A stretch of DNA of 64,000 bases, from contig CAVTHK010000011.1 in NCBI GenBank assembly GCA_963734495.1, positions 384,001 through 448,000 on the forward strand, in the 5' to 3' direction. Numbering within the stretch: the first letter of the stretch is position 1; each line of letters opens with the position of its first letter. The position numbers and the translations under genes were made by a program. This DNA comes from an uncultured Spirochaetota bacterium. GTDB taxonomy: Bacteria > Spirochaetota > Spirochaetia > SZUA-6 > CAVTHK01. The notes under the pieces are model-generated. The model saw only the letters and a list, made by a program, of their open reading frames with translations, was not told the DNA's origin and made no database searches. Positions 1 to 11,096 of the stretch are shown here, piece after piece.

Positions 1-290
1 TTGGCAAGCGTCGAGAGGCCATAGCCGATCACCGTGATCCACTTGCGCTGGCCGAGCCGATCCGACAGCGCCCCGGAGTAGATCTTCATCAGGCTCGCGG
101 TCGTCTCCGCCAGGCCATCGATCAGGCCGATCACCGCGGTGCCCGCCTTGAGCACGTTGGCGAGGAACAGCGGCACCAGGTTGAAGATCATGTCCGATGA
201 AACGTCGGTGAGGAAGGAAGTGGCCGTTACGATCCAGACGTTGACCGGCAGGCTGCGAAGACCGGTCCTGGGTTTCGCGTCCTTTCCCAC
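1..290 (-). CDS. MFS transporter (5' part; runs off the window start)
   Basis: Manual minus-strand translation from GTG 290, preceded by [53 protein letters not shown]...[11 protein letters not shown], containing MFS motif A (GxLSDRxGxR). Confidence 0.85.
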   Translation of the reverse strand, partial: MGKDAKPRTGLRSLPVNVWIVTATSFLTDVSSDMIFNLVPLFLANVLKAGTAVIGLIDGLAETTASLMKIYSGALSDRLGQRKWITVIGYGLSTLA

Positions 291-426
291 GGGTCCTCCT
301 TCGTGCGGCGCCGCTGCCGGCGACGCGTGCTCCGGCAGCGTACTACGGGCGCGTCAGGCGTGTCCGCATCCCGGCACACCCGTGCTCCATCCTATGCCCG
401 GCGCCGCCTCGGAGCGGGCAGCGGCG

Positions 427-912
427 TCAGTGATGGCCTTGGGTCATCACACGGAGGTCGCTCTCGAAGCCGTAGCGGAGAAAGAGCTCGCGACTCTCCG
501 CGGCCAGCACGCCGCCGAGGTAATTGTGCACGCGGACCCGCAGGTGCTCGACGGCGGCGATGGCCTTGTCGCTCGCCATGTAGTCGTCCTTCAGGCCGTA
601 GACAATGCTGCGGATATTCGCGAGCGCGATGGTGGCGAGGCACATGATGCAAGGCTCCACCGTCGTGTAGATCACGCACTCCCTCGCGTGCCTCTTGAGA
701 AACGGGGCGATCTGGTAGATCGCCGTGTTCTCGGCGTGATGGACGTCGCTGTCGAGCGTCCTCCACCGGCTGGAGCCGCGACCGACGATGGTGCCCTCGT
801 GCACGATCACCGCCCCGATGGGCCGATCGCCGCGTCGTCCGGCCTCCTCTGCTTCGCGAAGCGCCTCCCTCATCCAGGACTCGTGATCGAGCCTTGAGAA
901 ATCGAGCGCCAC
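427..912 (-). CDS. Nucleoside/cytidine deaminase family protein (TadA-like)
   Basis: HAE and PCIMC zinc motifs and PIGAVIV segment; GTG 912 follows GAGGAGG. This is the C-terminal half of ORF 427..1449. Confidence 0.85.
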   Translation of the reverse strand: MALDFSRLDHESWMREALREAEEAGRRGDRPIGAVIVHEGTIVGRGSSRWRTLDSDVHHAENTAIYQIAPFLKRHARECVIYTTVEPCIMCLATIALANIRSIVYGLKDDYMASDKAIAAVEHLRVRVHNYLGGVLAAESRELFLRYGFESDLRVMTQGHH

Positions 913-1054
913 GCCGACCTCCTCACGCGCGCCACACGACTGTAGCACGTTCCTTTTGCGTCCGGCAGCCCCGCCATGGATAGAAGTCACCATCCGGCAC
1001 ACACGGTGATCACTGCCACACTCGACGCCGTACACCCGGCGTGGAGGAGCGTTT

Positions 1055-1780
1055 GTGGCAAGCGCCGTGCAATTGAGCGTGATTCCCGTCGTACGGAGGC
1101 CGACCGACCTGCCCGGGTGGCGGGCGCGGCACCGTCTCTCCCGCCGCGCTCTCGGCGTGGTCAAGATGCTGGCGCTCATGGCCGCGGCCACCTTCGTTGT
1201 CGCATGGCAGGCGCGCCCGCTGCTCAAGGAGAAGCTCGCGGACCCGGCCTCCGGCATCGAGATCCGCTTCCCCGCCGGCTGGAGCGGAAATCGGTGGAGC
1301 ACGTCCGGCATCGAGGCCTGCGCGCTTCCCGGCGACATCCGGTCCGGGCGGCCACGGATGCCCCCGTCGCCCACGACCGGCTGCCGCGTGGCGCTCGAGC
1401 GGGCGCTCCCTTCGGACTTCGAACAGATATGCCGCATCCTCGGAGGCATGGATCTGGAGCCGGGATGGAGCCGGGACGAGTCGAGCAGGCTCGCGCACGT
1501 CGCCGTCTACCTCGGCATGGGCGGCTCCGCGGAGCAGGCGCAGATAGAGCCTTTGAGCATCGCGGGCAGGCCGGCGCTCATGCTGACCGCGCCGCGTTAC
1601 GGGGGCTGGGGGTCCGTCGTGCTCGCCAGCGGCGGGGACATCGCGTTCATTCACATCTACTTCCCGACGATCGAAGACCGACGCCGGCTCTGGCCGACAT
1701 GGCGCGCCATGGTCCGGTCTGTCCGTCTCGTCGGCACACCGGCCCCCATCGGCGTCGACTGGATCCCACGCGAGCCGTAG
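1055..1780 (+). CDS. Hypothetical membrane-anchored protein
   Basis: GGAGGAG RBS before GTG; one hydrophobic segment (LALMAAATFVVAW) followed by a soluble domain; no family recognised. Confidence 0.6.
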   Translation: MASAVQLSVIPVVRRPTDLPGWRARHRLSRRALGVVKMLALMAAATFVVAWQARPLLKEKLADPASGIEIRFPAGWSGNRWSTSGIEACALPGDIRSGRPRMPPSPTTGCRVALERALPSDFEQICRILGGMDLEPGWSRDESSRLAHVAVYLGMGGSAEQAQIEPLSIAGRPALMLTAPRYGGWGSVVLASGGDIAFIHIYFPTIEDRRRLWPTWRAMVRSVRLVGTPAPIGVDWIPREP

Positions 1781-1790
1781 GCGACGCGGT

Positions 1791-1819
1791 TTGCGCCCGG
1801 CTCACGGGGGCTCTACAAT
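1791..1819 (+). promoter_or_regulatory. Putative sigma70 promoter of the AAA/LuxR regulator
   Basis: TTGCGC-N17-TACAAT. Confidence 0.5.
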
Positions 1820-1838
1820 GCGGGAGTTGGCGGGCAGA

Positions 1839-4759
1839 GTGAGGAAAGTCGAACCGGGCAAGTTGCCGGCTTCTCTGTTCGTGGGGCGGGACGACGAGCT
1901 CGGCCTCTTCAGCCGATTGCGACAGGCGGCGGCCGCGGGGCAACGGCGCCGTGGTCGCGATCTCCGGTGATCACGGCGTCGGCAAGACCCGGCTCGCACG
2001 CGAGGTCGCGGCGGACGCCGAGCGCGCCGGGTTCGTGGCGCTCTGGGGTCAGGGCTATGACGACGAAGGCTCCCCCGCCTATTGGCCCTGGGCTGAGCTG
2101 ATCAGGCGATACGCCGATCGATTCGGCCTCGATCGCGCGCGTAAGGTGATGGGGACGGGCGTGCGCGACATCGCGTGCCTGATTCCGGCCCTCGAAAGCC
2201 TCGTGCCCGCGGCCGGTGGCTCGCGGGAGCCTCCCTCGCAGCAGGCCCGCTACCGCCTCTTCGCGGCGATGCGCTCTTTTGTCGAGCGGGCGGCCGTGGA
2301 TGCGCCACTGCTGCTCGTGCTCGACGATCTGCACTACTGCGATCCCGATACCCTGCGGCTCTTCGAGGCGGTGGCGGGCGATCTGGAGCGCTGCCGCGTA
2401 GTGGTGATCGGCACGTACGTGCAGCGCAGGGCCCTGCACCACCCGGTCCTGCCGCCCGTGCTCGCAGCGGTCTCAAAGCTGCCGTGGTGGCGCGAGGTGG
2501 AGGTGGGCAGCCTGAGCGAGGGGGATATCCGCCTTCTTCTAGAGGCTGAGGTGGGGAAGAAGGGCTCCGCTTCGCTTGCTCCGTCGGTCCACAGGGAGAC
2601 CGGGGGCAACGCGCTCCTGGTAGTCGAAGCTGTGCGCCGCATCGCGATGGACGCCGCGTCCGGCGGTCAGCACACGGAGGATCGCTGGGAAGATGCGACG
2701 TCCGCGAACGTCGCCATCCTGATCAGCCGGAGGCTCGCGCGTCTTCCCGAGCCGGCGATCCTTGCACTGCGGACCGCAGCCGTGATCGGTCGCGAGGTCG
2801 ATCTCGATCTCCTTGCGGCCACCATGCGCGCGACTCCCGGGGAGACGCGGGACCTGCTGGCCGGACCCTTGGACGAGGGCCTGCTCGTGGAGGCCGCCCC
2901 GGACCGCTGCCGCTTCGCCCACGAGCTCGTGCAGCGCGCCGTGGCGGCGAGCCTGGCGCCCGCGGCACGCTGCGCGATCCACCGCTCGGCAGGGGAGGCG
3001 CTCGAGACGTTCCGCGCCGCCGGCCGGGCCGTGGACCCGGGGCGTCTCGCGTGGCACTTCGCGTCGGCGGGGACGGAGCACGCGGTCAAGGCAGGCCGCT
3101 ACGCCCGCGAGGCAGGAGAGAAGGCGATCGAGGCTGCGGCCTATGACACAGCCTTGCGTCACCTGGAGGCGGCGGGCGCGGTCCCGGGCCTCCCCCAGCG
3201 CGACCGCGCCGATCTGGCCATGCTGCGGGCGTGGACACTCTTTGCGCTCACGCGCTTCTTCGAGGTAGTCCCGTTACTGGTCGAAGCATTCGACCTGTAC
3301 GCGGCATGCGGCGATGTCGACCACGCTGTGGACGCCGCGGCATTCGACGCGTGTCCTCAGGGCGCCGAAAGCCTGCCGCGGGACGATCTGCGCCGGCTGC
3401 GCGAGCGGGCGCTGGCGCTGGCAGCTCCTGACTCGCCGCAGGAAGCGCGGCTCTTGTGCGCGCTCGGCGAGACCTATTCCTACGCGCAACCGGACCGGGC
3501 CGAGGGCTGTTTTTCGCGGGCCACGGCTCTGGCACGCAGTCTGGGAGATCGCCGCCTCGAGGCTCGCGTGCTCTACGCCCGGGCCTGGATGGAGTACCGC
3601 CAGCTGAAATGCCCGGCGTTCCTCCATACCGGCGCCGAAGTCCTGCGTCTCGCGCGGGAGATCGGCGACCACGAGCTCGAGCTGCTCGCGGGCGGCCGCC
3701 TCGCGAACTGGATGCTCTTCTGCGGCGACGCGACGGGCGCCGAGAACCTCGCCCGCGAGCTGCGCGCGGCGACGACCCTTCGGTCGAGCATCTGGACCGT
3801 GGAGCTGCAGCGAGCGGAGCGCCGCGTGACCCTGTATCGCGGCCGATGGGCCGAATACAAACGGTACCTGGCAGAGGATAGGTGGATGAAAGAAGCCGGC
3901 ATCGTGGTGGGCGTGCTGCGTGACAGCATTCCGCCGGTAGAAATCCGCACTCTCAAAGACGTGCTCGCGGACTTCGACCAGCGGCCCCAGTACTACATCA
4001 ACCCCGACCGCTTCGCCATGCGTGTGGCCGAAACGGCCCGCGCCGCCCGCAACCTGGGAGACACGAGCCGGCTGGCCGATATCGAGGCGCTCGCCAGGCG
4101 CGCCCTCGACCTTCGAGCTGAGTCCGCTGGGCCGGCTCCACGTGCTCGTCGCGCTCGGCTTTGTCGCGGTTCTGCGATCCGACGGGACGCTGCTCGCTGA
4201 AGTGTGCGGCGCCGAGCTCATCGCCGCGCCAGGAGACTTCATAGTCGAGTACTCCGAATACGTGCTCGACGGCGTGCGCGGCGTGTTTTTCGGCCTGCTC
4301 GATCGCGACAGCGAGGCGCGGCAATACTTCGAGCGTGGGCTGGAGTTCGGACGCCGCTGCGAGTTGGTCTGGGAGCACTACGCTACGTGCATCTACTACG
4401 CGGCCTTCCTGCTGCGCCACGGCGAGCGCAGGCGGGCCCGCGAGCTCGCCGAGGAGGCGCGGGTCTGCGGGGGCATGCTCGGGCTGAAAGGCCTCGACCG
4501 CGAGCTCGCCGAAGTGACGTCGCGCCTGGAGGGAGCGCTGCCGGACGGCCTTACACACCGGGAGGTCGAGGTGCTGACTCTCGCGGCGCGCGGCCTCGCG
4601 ACCAAACAGATCGCCGGGGAGCTCGACATCAGCTACTACACGGCGGTGAACCACCTCCACCACATCTATGCCAAGACCGGCGCCCAGTGCCGCGTGGATC
4701 TCGCCGAGTACGCGCGACGGCACCATCTCGGGCAGGACTCGGGCTCCTCGGGCGCCTGA
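1839..4759 (+). CDS. AAA+ ATPase (STAND/LAL-type) LuxR-family transcriptional regulator; two frameshifts (~1940, ~4112)
   Basis: FVGRDDEL start, Walker A GDHGVGKT, Walker B LLLVLDDLH, RFAHELV, TPR-like middle region. The LuxR HTH (LTHREVEVL...G...KQIAGELDISYYTAVNHLHHIYAK) lies in ORF 4022..4759. Confidence 0.85.
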
Positions 4760-4804
4760 CCTTTCCGACTCGCGTCCCGGCCCAGCCGCCTCGCACCAGC
4801 AGGT

Positions 4805-6855
4805 CTACTCGAACAGCACGACCTCGTAGAGGCCGAGCCGCGGAAGCACGACGCGCGCGTAGCGGCCGACCCGTTCGACCTGCAAGGAAGCGCCGGCCGC
4901 GAGCGCCCTGGCCCTGCTCCTGGACGTGTCGACCATGACCGCGACGTCGTGCAGCGGGATCACCTCGGTCTGCGGCTTGCTCTGGTGGCCGGCCGTGTTC
5001 AGCAGGTGCACCGCCAGCCCGGCCCGGGTCTCGGCAGCAGTGATCTCGACGCAGGACGGCGCGCTGGTCAGGACCTCGCGGGGGCCGTTCGAGCGGTCCA
5101 GCAGGTCGGCGAGCAGCAGCGCCTGCTCGGGCACGCCCTGGACGTGGTAGGTCCTGCCCAAGCTGCCAGGGAAGGTAGGTCGCGGTCCCGCGGCCGAAGC
5201 GCATCACGTAGAGGCCATAGTCGCCCCCTTCGCCGCTCCAGTAGGCGAACTCCGGCGTGTTGTTCGGCACGACGGGTGTCGTGGGAAGAGCGCGGAGCAG
5301 CACCGCCTGCGGGTCGGTCGGGCTCGACCGCGAGAAACGGCCCGTTCAGGGCGATGAGGTCCACATCGGCGAACGACCGCAGCAGGCCCTTTTCGTTACC
5401 GACCAACAGGTAGGAGCCGACGAGGTCGCGTCGCTCGCGCACGCGAAGCCTCAGGCTTGCGAGCGCGAACCGGCCGGTCTGCTGCCCTTCATCGTCATAC
5501 ATTCCCGTCTCGTAGCTCGCGATCAGGTTGCCGCCGTCGGCAACGAACTGGTCGAGGAGGCTCGCCTCGTCGGCCGACAGACAGGCCACGTTGGGAAGCA
5601 GGATCGTCCTGTAGCGGGCGAGATCCATCGAGGCGAGGGTCCCGTCGTGGGCGACGTCAAAGAGAAGGTGATGGTGCACGAGGGCCTCGTAGAACCCCCT
5701 GTACTCGAAGAGAGCCCGTTCGCGGCTCTGTCCGCGGCCGTAGAAGTCCATCGTCTTCTGCGAGTAGACCAGGAGCGTACGCCCGAGCGGGCGCATCTCT
5801 TCGTAACACGCATGGTTCGCGGCCAGAAAGCGGTAGGCTTCGCGCGCGGCCGGCAGCGCCTTGCGGTCGTCCTGTTCGAACGTGCCGCTCACCGCGAGCG
5901 CGGGGTTTCCTCCATGGGCCGCCACCTGGATGATGTCGTGGGCCAGCTGCGCGGCCGGCTGCCCCGAGCGGCGGCTCGCGAACACCTCGGAGTAGGTGAT
6001 GCCGACGAACAGGGGCTTGCCCATGCTCCGGCTGATGCGCGATTCCTCGCCGCCCAGGTAGATCCACTGCGGGAACGGACGGCCGAGCGCATTGAACGCC
6101 TCGGTGGCAAGCAGGTCGGGGACGAGCATGCCCTGGGCCGACCACCCTGAGCGGCAAAGCCTCTCGGGCTCATCGAGGGTCACGAAGATCGGGAGGGACA
6201 CAGCCGTGTCGGGTCGCCGCTGCTGGACGAAGTCGACGAGGCGGCGGGAGTATTCCTCCACGGCCTGATACCGGAACCTGACGTAGGCCCTCCAGCCCGG
6301 ATCGTCCCAGTCCTCGCGGTCGGGAAGCTCGCGGCCGGCCGCCCGGCGGAACGCGTCGCGGCACCGGTCGCACCAGCACTCGCCGTATCGGTAGTGGTTG
6401 TAGAAGAGGGCGTCGGGCGCGTAGCCGGCGAGCAGCTCGTCCACCAGCTCGAAGTTGTGCTTCTGCCAGTAGGGGCCGTTGAAGCAGGTGGCGAGCATGC
6501 TCCATTCCCGCACCGGCCGGCCCTCGCGGTCGTGGATGAACCAGTCCGGATGCGCCTCGTACTGGTCGTCGTGCTGCTTGCTCACGTCCATGCGCAGCAT
6601 GACCTTCATGCCCCGCGCGTGGGCCTCGTCGATGACCTGGCCCACGAAGTCGAAGTCCAGGTGCTTGTTCTTCCTGTGGAAAGGCAGGCGCGTCGGATAC
6701 CACGCGACGATGCCGCCGGCGTTTGCGAGGATCGCGTCTCCCCCGTAGTCCCGGATGACGTCCAGGAGCGCCGCCACATCGAGCCCCGCCGCGTCGATCT
6801 CGCGCAGGTTCGGCTGAAGCATCCGGAACGGTTGCTGCCAGAAGGGATCGGGCAT
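4805..6855 (-). CDS. GHL6-like glycoside hydrolase with beta-galactosidase trimerisation domain; two frameshifts (~5305, ~5160)
   Basis: N-terminal RMLQPNLREID...NAGGIVAWYPT, CWCDRC motif and ILLPNVACLS trimerisation-domain segment; the C-terminus continues in ORFs 4629..5303 and 4805..5161. Confidence 0.75.
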
Positions 6856-6901
6856 CGAAGCCTCCTCGAACTTGTCGACGCCAAGGCGCGGCGGCGCGGC
6901 G

Positions 6902-7555
6902 TCAGCGCGCGGCCTTCTTCTTCACCTGGTATCTTACGATGGTCCAGTAATCCTTGGGCGACACGAACGGCATGCCCGGGCCCTTGAGGTACTCCTCTTC
7001 GTGATCGCCCGCGATCTCGTAGCCCTGGCTCGCAAGGAATTGCTCGAGCCGCTGGACGGTCGGCACCTCGGACTCGTAGGAGCCCAGGTGAAGGATCTCC
7101 GCGACCTCGCCGTACCGCCACGTGGCGAGCTCCGCCTTCATGCCCGTCGCGGTCGGTTGCTGGGGCGGCAGGACCAGGCCGTCGGGCACCGGGATGGCCA
7201 CCCATCCGCGCCACGGCGAAGACTGAAAGGTCCTGAATCGTTCGGCCGCATCCGCGGGCGCGTTCGCGGGGAATGCGTAGCGCGCTTTCGGCGGTTTCAT
7301 CGCCGGCCCCTTGGGCGCGCCCTTGAGCCTGTAGTACGCCTTGAACAGGACGCCGTACGCATCCTTGATGGCCGTCTCCGCCTTGCCCTCGAACGCGACT
7401 TGGAGAACGTGCTCATCGCCTCTGCTTGTTATGCGGGGCTCCTTGAGGGAGAGGTACGGCCTGAGGTCCGGACCTCTGAATAGAAGAAGGAAGGCAGCCG
7501 CCGCCAACACGACGACCCCTGCGGCGACGATCAGCACGATCAGAAGCGGTTTCAT
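6902..7555 (-). CDS. GyrI-like small-molecule-binding domain protein with N-terminal membrane anchor
   Basis: AGGAGG RBS; N-terminal TM helix; ILHLGSYESE...HEEEYLKGPG...TIVRYQV GyrI-like pattern. Confidence 0.75.
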   Translation of the reverse strand: MKPLLIVLIVAAGVVVLAAAAFLLLFRGPDLRPYLSLKEPRITSRGDEHVLQVAFEGKAETAIKDAYGVLFKAYYRLKGAPKGPAMKPPKARYAFPANAPADAAERFRTFQSSPWRGWVAIPVPDGLVLPPQQPTATGMKAELATWRYGEVAEILHLGSYESEVPTVQRLEQFLASQGYEIAGDHEEEYLKGPGMPFVSPKDYWTIVRYQVKKKAAR

Positions 7556-7646
7556 GGGCGCCTCCTGCCTGCTCGTGCGGCGCGGGCTGCACGGGCGCTC
7601 ACCTACGGTAGGCTCGAGGGCCGCCCCTGTCAACGTTTCGCATTGC

Positions 7647-7675
7647 TTGCGGCGACGGCGGCCTCGCCGTAGAAT
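7647..7675 (+). promoter_or_regulatory. Putative sigma70 promoter (a divergent TTGACA element lies at 7628-7633 on the minus strand)
   Basis: TTGCGG-N17-TAGAAT, 10 nt before ATG 7686. Confidence 0.5.
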
Positions 7676-7685
7676 GGCGGCCGCC

Positions 7686-8444
7686 ATGGCGAGCGATTTC
7701 TGGCCGGCGGGAAGGCCGGCCGCGGTGAGCTTCTCGTTCGACGATGCGCGCCTCAGCCAGATCGACAGGGGGCTCGCGGTCCTCGCGCGCCACGGGGTGC
7801 GCGCGACGTTCTACGTCTCGCTGCCGGCGCTCGAGGAGCGCCTGGCCGGCTGGGGCGAGGCAGTGCGAGCGGGCCACGAGATCGGCAACCACTGCCTCAC
7901 GCACCCTTGCAGCGGCAACTTTCCGTTCTCGCACGAAAACGCGCTCGAGGAGATGTCGCTCGAGGACATGGCGGGCGAGCTCGACGAAGCCTCCCGCCGC
8001 ATCGACGGGCTGCTCGGAGTCCGGCCGGTGACGTTCGCCTACCCGTGCGGCAACACGTTCGTCGGCCGCGGGAGCTACACGCGATCGTACGTGCCGCTCG
8101 TGGCGGACCGCTTTCTGGCGGGACGCGGCTACCTGAACGGCCAGACGAACGACCCGCGGCGCTGCGACCCGAGCCAGCTCGTCTCCGTCGGGCTCGATCG
8201 GGCCCCGCTGTCCTACGCCCGCGACCTCATCGACACGGCGGTCGACGAAGGCTCGTGGCTCGTCTTTACCGCGCACGACATCGGCGCGGGCCCCGAAGAG
8301 CCGCTCTCGGTGGATGTCGACGCGCTGGAGGCCGTCCTGCGCCTGGCAGCCGAGCGGGACTTGTGGGTGGCGACGGTCGCGGAGATCACGCGGCACGTGA
8401 TGAAACAAAGGGAGGGTCGGGATGTACCGGATAGGCAAACCTGA
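7686..8444 (+). CDS. Polysaccharide deacetylase (NodB/CE4) family protein
   Basis: SFSFDD, ATFYV, HEIGNHCLTH and FAYPCG motifs. Confidence 0.85.
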   Translation: MASDFWPAGRPAAVSFSFDDARLSQIDRGLAVLARHGVRATFYVSLPALEERLAGWGEAVRAGHEIGNHCLTHPCSGNFPFSHENALEEMSLEDMAGELDEASRRIDGLLGVRPVTFAYPCGNTFVGRGSYTRSYVPLVADRFLAGRGYLNGQTNDPRRCDPSQLVSVGLDRAPLSYARDLIDTAVDEGSWLVFTAHDIGAGPEEPLSVDVDALEAVLRLAAERDLWVATVAEITRHVMKQREGRDVPDRQT

Positions 8445-9600
8445 AATCGACGCGGTCGCTCGCGTGGTCAACAGCGGCAAGGTGTTCCGCTACGGCATCG
8501 GCGGCGAGTGCGACCGCTTCGAGCGCCGGTTCGCGCGCTACCTCGGCGTCAAGCACTGCGCGATGACCGCGAGCGGCACGCAGTCGCTCGCCGCCGCCCT
8601 GATCGCCGCGGGCATCGGCCCGGGCGACGAGGTGATCGTCCCGGCCTGCACCTACATGGCGACCGCGATCGCGGTGGTCATCGCCGGAGCGATCCCCGTG
8701 ATCGCCGACATAGACGAGTCGATCACGCTGAGCCCCGAGGCGCTGGAGGCGGCCATCGGGCCGCGCACCCGCGCCGTGATCCCCGTGCACATGTGGGGGC
8801 TGCCGTGCGACATGCGCTCGATCCTGCGCGTCGCGCGCGCGAGGAAGCTGCTGGTCATCGAGGACGCCTGCCAGGCGGTCGGTGGGGCCTACGAGGGCCG
8901 CAAGCTGGGAAGCCTGGGCGACATAGGCGCCTTCAGCTTTAACTACTACAAGAACATCACCGCCGGCGAAGGCGGCGCCGTCGTCACGAGCCGCAGCGCG
9001 TGGTCCGAGCGCCTGAAGTGCGCGATCGACCCGTGCAGCTTCTACTGGCGCGGCCGCGCCGGCAGCCGCGCGGGCTTCGTCTCCAGCGGGGCGCGGGCGA
9101 GCGAGTTCGAGGGGGCGATCCTGAACGAGCAGCTCGGGCGCCTCGACGGCATCATCCGCGCCATGAGGAAGCAGAAGAAGCACATATTGAAGGCGACCGC
9201 GGGCAGCGGCCTCGAGCCGATCCCCGCCAACAGCCTCGACTGGGAATGCGGCAGCCACGTGATGTACCGGCTGCCCACGCCCGCTGCGGCGGACCGCTTC
9301 GCGAAGCTCGCCGGGGGCACGGTCACGCTCAAGACCGGCCGCCACGTCTACACCGAGTGGGACCAGATCCTTCAGCACAAGGGCGGCCACCACCCCGACA
9401 CGAACCCATTCAACTTCAAGGCCAATCGCGGGTGCCGGATGGATTACAGCCGAGGCATGTGCCGCAAGAGCCTCGACATCCTCGCCCGCACCGTGTTCGT
9501 GCAGACGCATCCCGACCGCAAGGACAGCGAGGTGGCGGCGCTCGTCGAGCGCATCCGCGACGCGGCGCGGGCCGCGTCCGCCGCGCGGCGTCGCCGGTAG
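8422..9600 (+). CDS. DegT/DnrJ/EryC1/StrS family PLP aminotransferase
   Basis: GIGPGDEVIVP, PVHMWG, IEDACQ and FSFNYYKNITAGEGG (PLP lysine) motifs. Confidence 0.92.
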   Translation: MYRIGKPEIDAVARVVNSGKVFRYGIGGECDRFERRFARYLGVKHCAMTASGTQSLAAALIAAGIGPGDEVIVPACTYMATAIAVVIAGAIPVIADIDESITLSPEALEAAIGPRTRAVIPVHMWGLPCDMRSILRVARARKLLVIEDACQAVGGAYEGRKLGSLGDIGAFSFNYYKNITAGEGGAVVTSRSAWSERLKCAIDPCSFYWRGRAGSRAGFVSSGARASEFEGAILNEQLGRLDGIIRAMRKQKKHILKATAGSGLEPIPANSLDWECGSHVMYRLPTPAAADRFAKLAGGTVTLKTGRHVYTEWDQILQHKGGHHPDTNPFNFKANRGCRMDYSRGMCRKSLDILARTVFVQTHPDRKDSEVAALVERIRDAARAASAARRRR

Positions 9601-9630
9601 CGAGGCGAACGCGATCCGGCGGCGCCGGCT

Positions 9631-11046
9631 TCAATTCACCCCTTCGATCGCGAAATACCGCACCGCGTTGGTGTAGCAGATGTCGCGCACGATGCCGCCG
9701 ATGTGCTCGAGGTCGCGCGGCAGCTCGCCTTCGTCTATCCATCTCCCGATCGTGTTGCACATGACCCTGCGGAAGTACTCGTGGCGGATAAAGGAGAAGA
9801 CGCTGCGCGAGTCGGTGAGCATGCCGATAAAGACCGCGAGCATGCCCATGTTGGCGATCGAGACCAGGTGACGCTCGATCCCGTCTTTCTGGTCGTTGAA
9901 CCACCAGGCGGCCCCGAACTGGACCTTGCCCCGGGTCTTGCCGTCGTTGAAGTTGCCGGCCATCGCCGCGACCACGTCGTTCTGGTTCTGGTTCAGGGTG
10001 AACAGCACGGTCCTGGGCAGCTCGTCGGTCCGGTCCAGCAGGTCGAGGAACCGCGCGAGCGGCGCCGCGATGGCGGTATCCCCCATGGAGTTGTAGCCGG
10101 AGTCGGGCCCGTGGGCCGCGAGCTGGCGCGTGTTGTTGTTCCGCTGGGCGCACAGGTGCAGCTGCATGACCCAGCCCCGCTTGCGGTTCATGCGGCCCAC
10201 TTCGTACAGCCCGGCGGTCCTGATCTGCAGCGCCTCCCTGTCCGTCACGGCTTCGCCCTGAAGGAGTCTCTTGAAGCTCCTCTCGAGCTCGTCCCTGGTT
10301 GCCTCCTCGGCAAAGGGAAACGCGAGCGCATGATCGGTGGCTCGCGCCCCCATGCCGTGGAAGAACTCGTGCCGTTTGTCCAGCGCCCGGACAAAGGCCT
10401 CGAACGAGTCGATCGTGACGCCGGCGGCGGTCCCCAGCTTTTCCCTGTAGGCGTTCCAGCCCTTCGGGTCTTCCACGTCGAGCGCCTTGTCGGGCCGGAA
10501 GGTCGGGACCACCACAAAGGCGTCCCGGCGCTTGCGGATGAGGGCGTGCTGCTGCAGCGTGTCGATGGGGTCGTCCGTGGTGCACATCACGCGGACGTTC
10601 ATCCTGCGGATGATGCTGCAGACCGAAAAGTCGTCTCGCTTCAGGAGCTCGCCCGTGATTTTCCAGATGTCTGCGGCAGTGTCCGGCCCGAACAGCCTGT
10701 CGTCGATGCCAAAGGGGTTCCTGAGCTCCATGTGTGTCCACGGGTACATGACGTTGCCGACGGTGTAGGGGACGGTCTTCGCCCACGCCTCGAACTTTTC
10801 ATAGTCCGTCGAGTCCCCCGTGATGCACCTTTCGTCGATGCCGAACGCGCGCATCAGGCGCCACTTGTAGTGGTCGCCGTCGAACCAGATCTGGGCCAGG
10901 TTCTCGAACTTGCTGTCCTCGGCGATCTGCTTCGGGACGAGGTGGTTGTGGTAGTCGAAGATCGGCATCTTTTCCGCGTACTCGTGAAACAGGATCTTTG
11001 CCGGCCCGTTGCGCAGCAGAAAGTCGTCGTTCAGGTAGCTCTTCAT
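9631..11046 (-). CDS. uxaC: Glucuronate (uronate) isomerase
   Basis: PIFDYHNH, DHYKWRLMR, CTTDDP, GAAWWFND and GMLTDSRS...RHEYFRR motifs. Confidence 0.96.
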   Translation of the reverse strand: MKSYLNDDFLLRNGPAKILFHEYAEKMPIFDYHNHLVPKQIAEDSKFENLAQIWFDGDHYKWRLMRAFGIDERCITGDSTDYEKFEAWAKTVPYTVGNVMYPWTHMELRNPFGIDDRLFGPDTAADIWKITGELLKRDDFSVCSIIRRMNVRVMCTTDDPIDTLQQHALIRKRRDAFVVVPTFRPDKALDVEDPKGWNAYREKLGTAAGVTIDSFEAFVRALDKRHEFFHGMGARATDHALAFPFAEEATRDELERSFKRLLQGEAVTDREALQIRTAGLYEVGRMNRKRGWVMQLHLCAQRNNNTRQLAAHGPDSGYNSMGDTAIAAPLARFLDLLDRTDELPRTVLFTLNQNQNDVVAAMAGNFNDGKTRGKVQFGAAWWFNDQKDGIERHLVSIANMGMLAVFIGMLTDSRSVFSFIRHEYFRRVMCNTIGRWIDEGELPRDLEHIGGIVRDICYTNAVRYFAIEGVN

Positions 11047-11096
11047 TGTCGATCCTCCGGATGTTTCATGATTCGTGCGAGCCGCCGCGCTCCGGC

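Noticed and set aside
367-1008. Imperfect direct repeat CATC(C)CGGCACAC flanking the deaminase gene
   Set aside because: Only about 9 bp identical in GC-rich DNA and no integrase or transposase nearby; consistent with chance.
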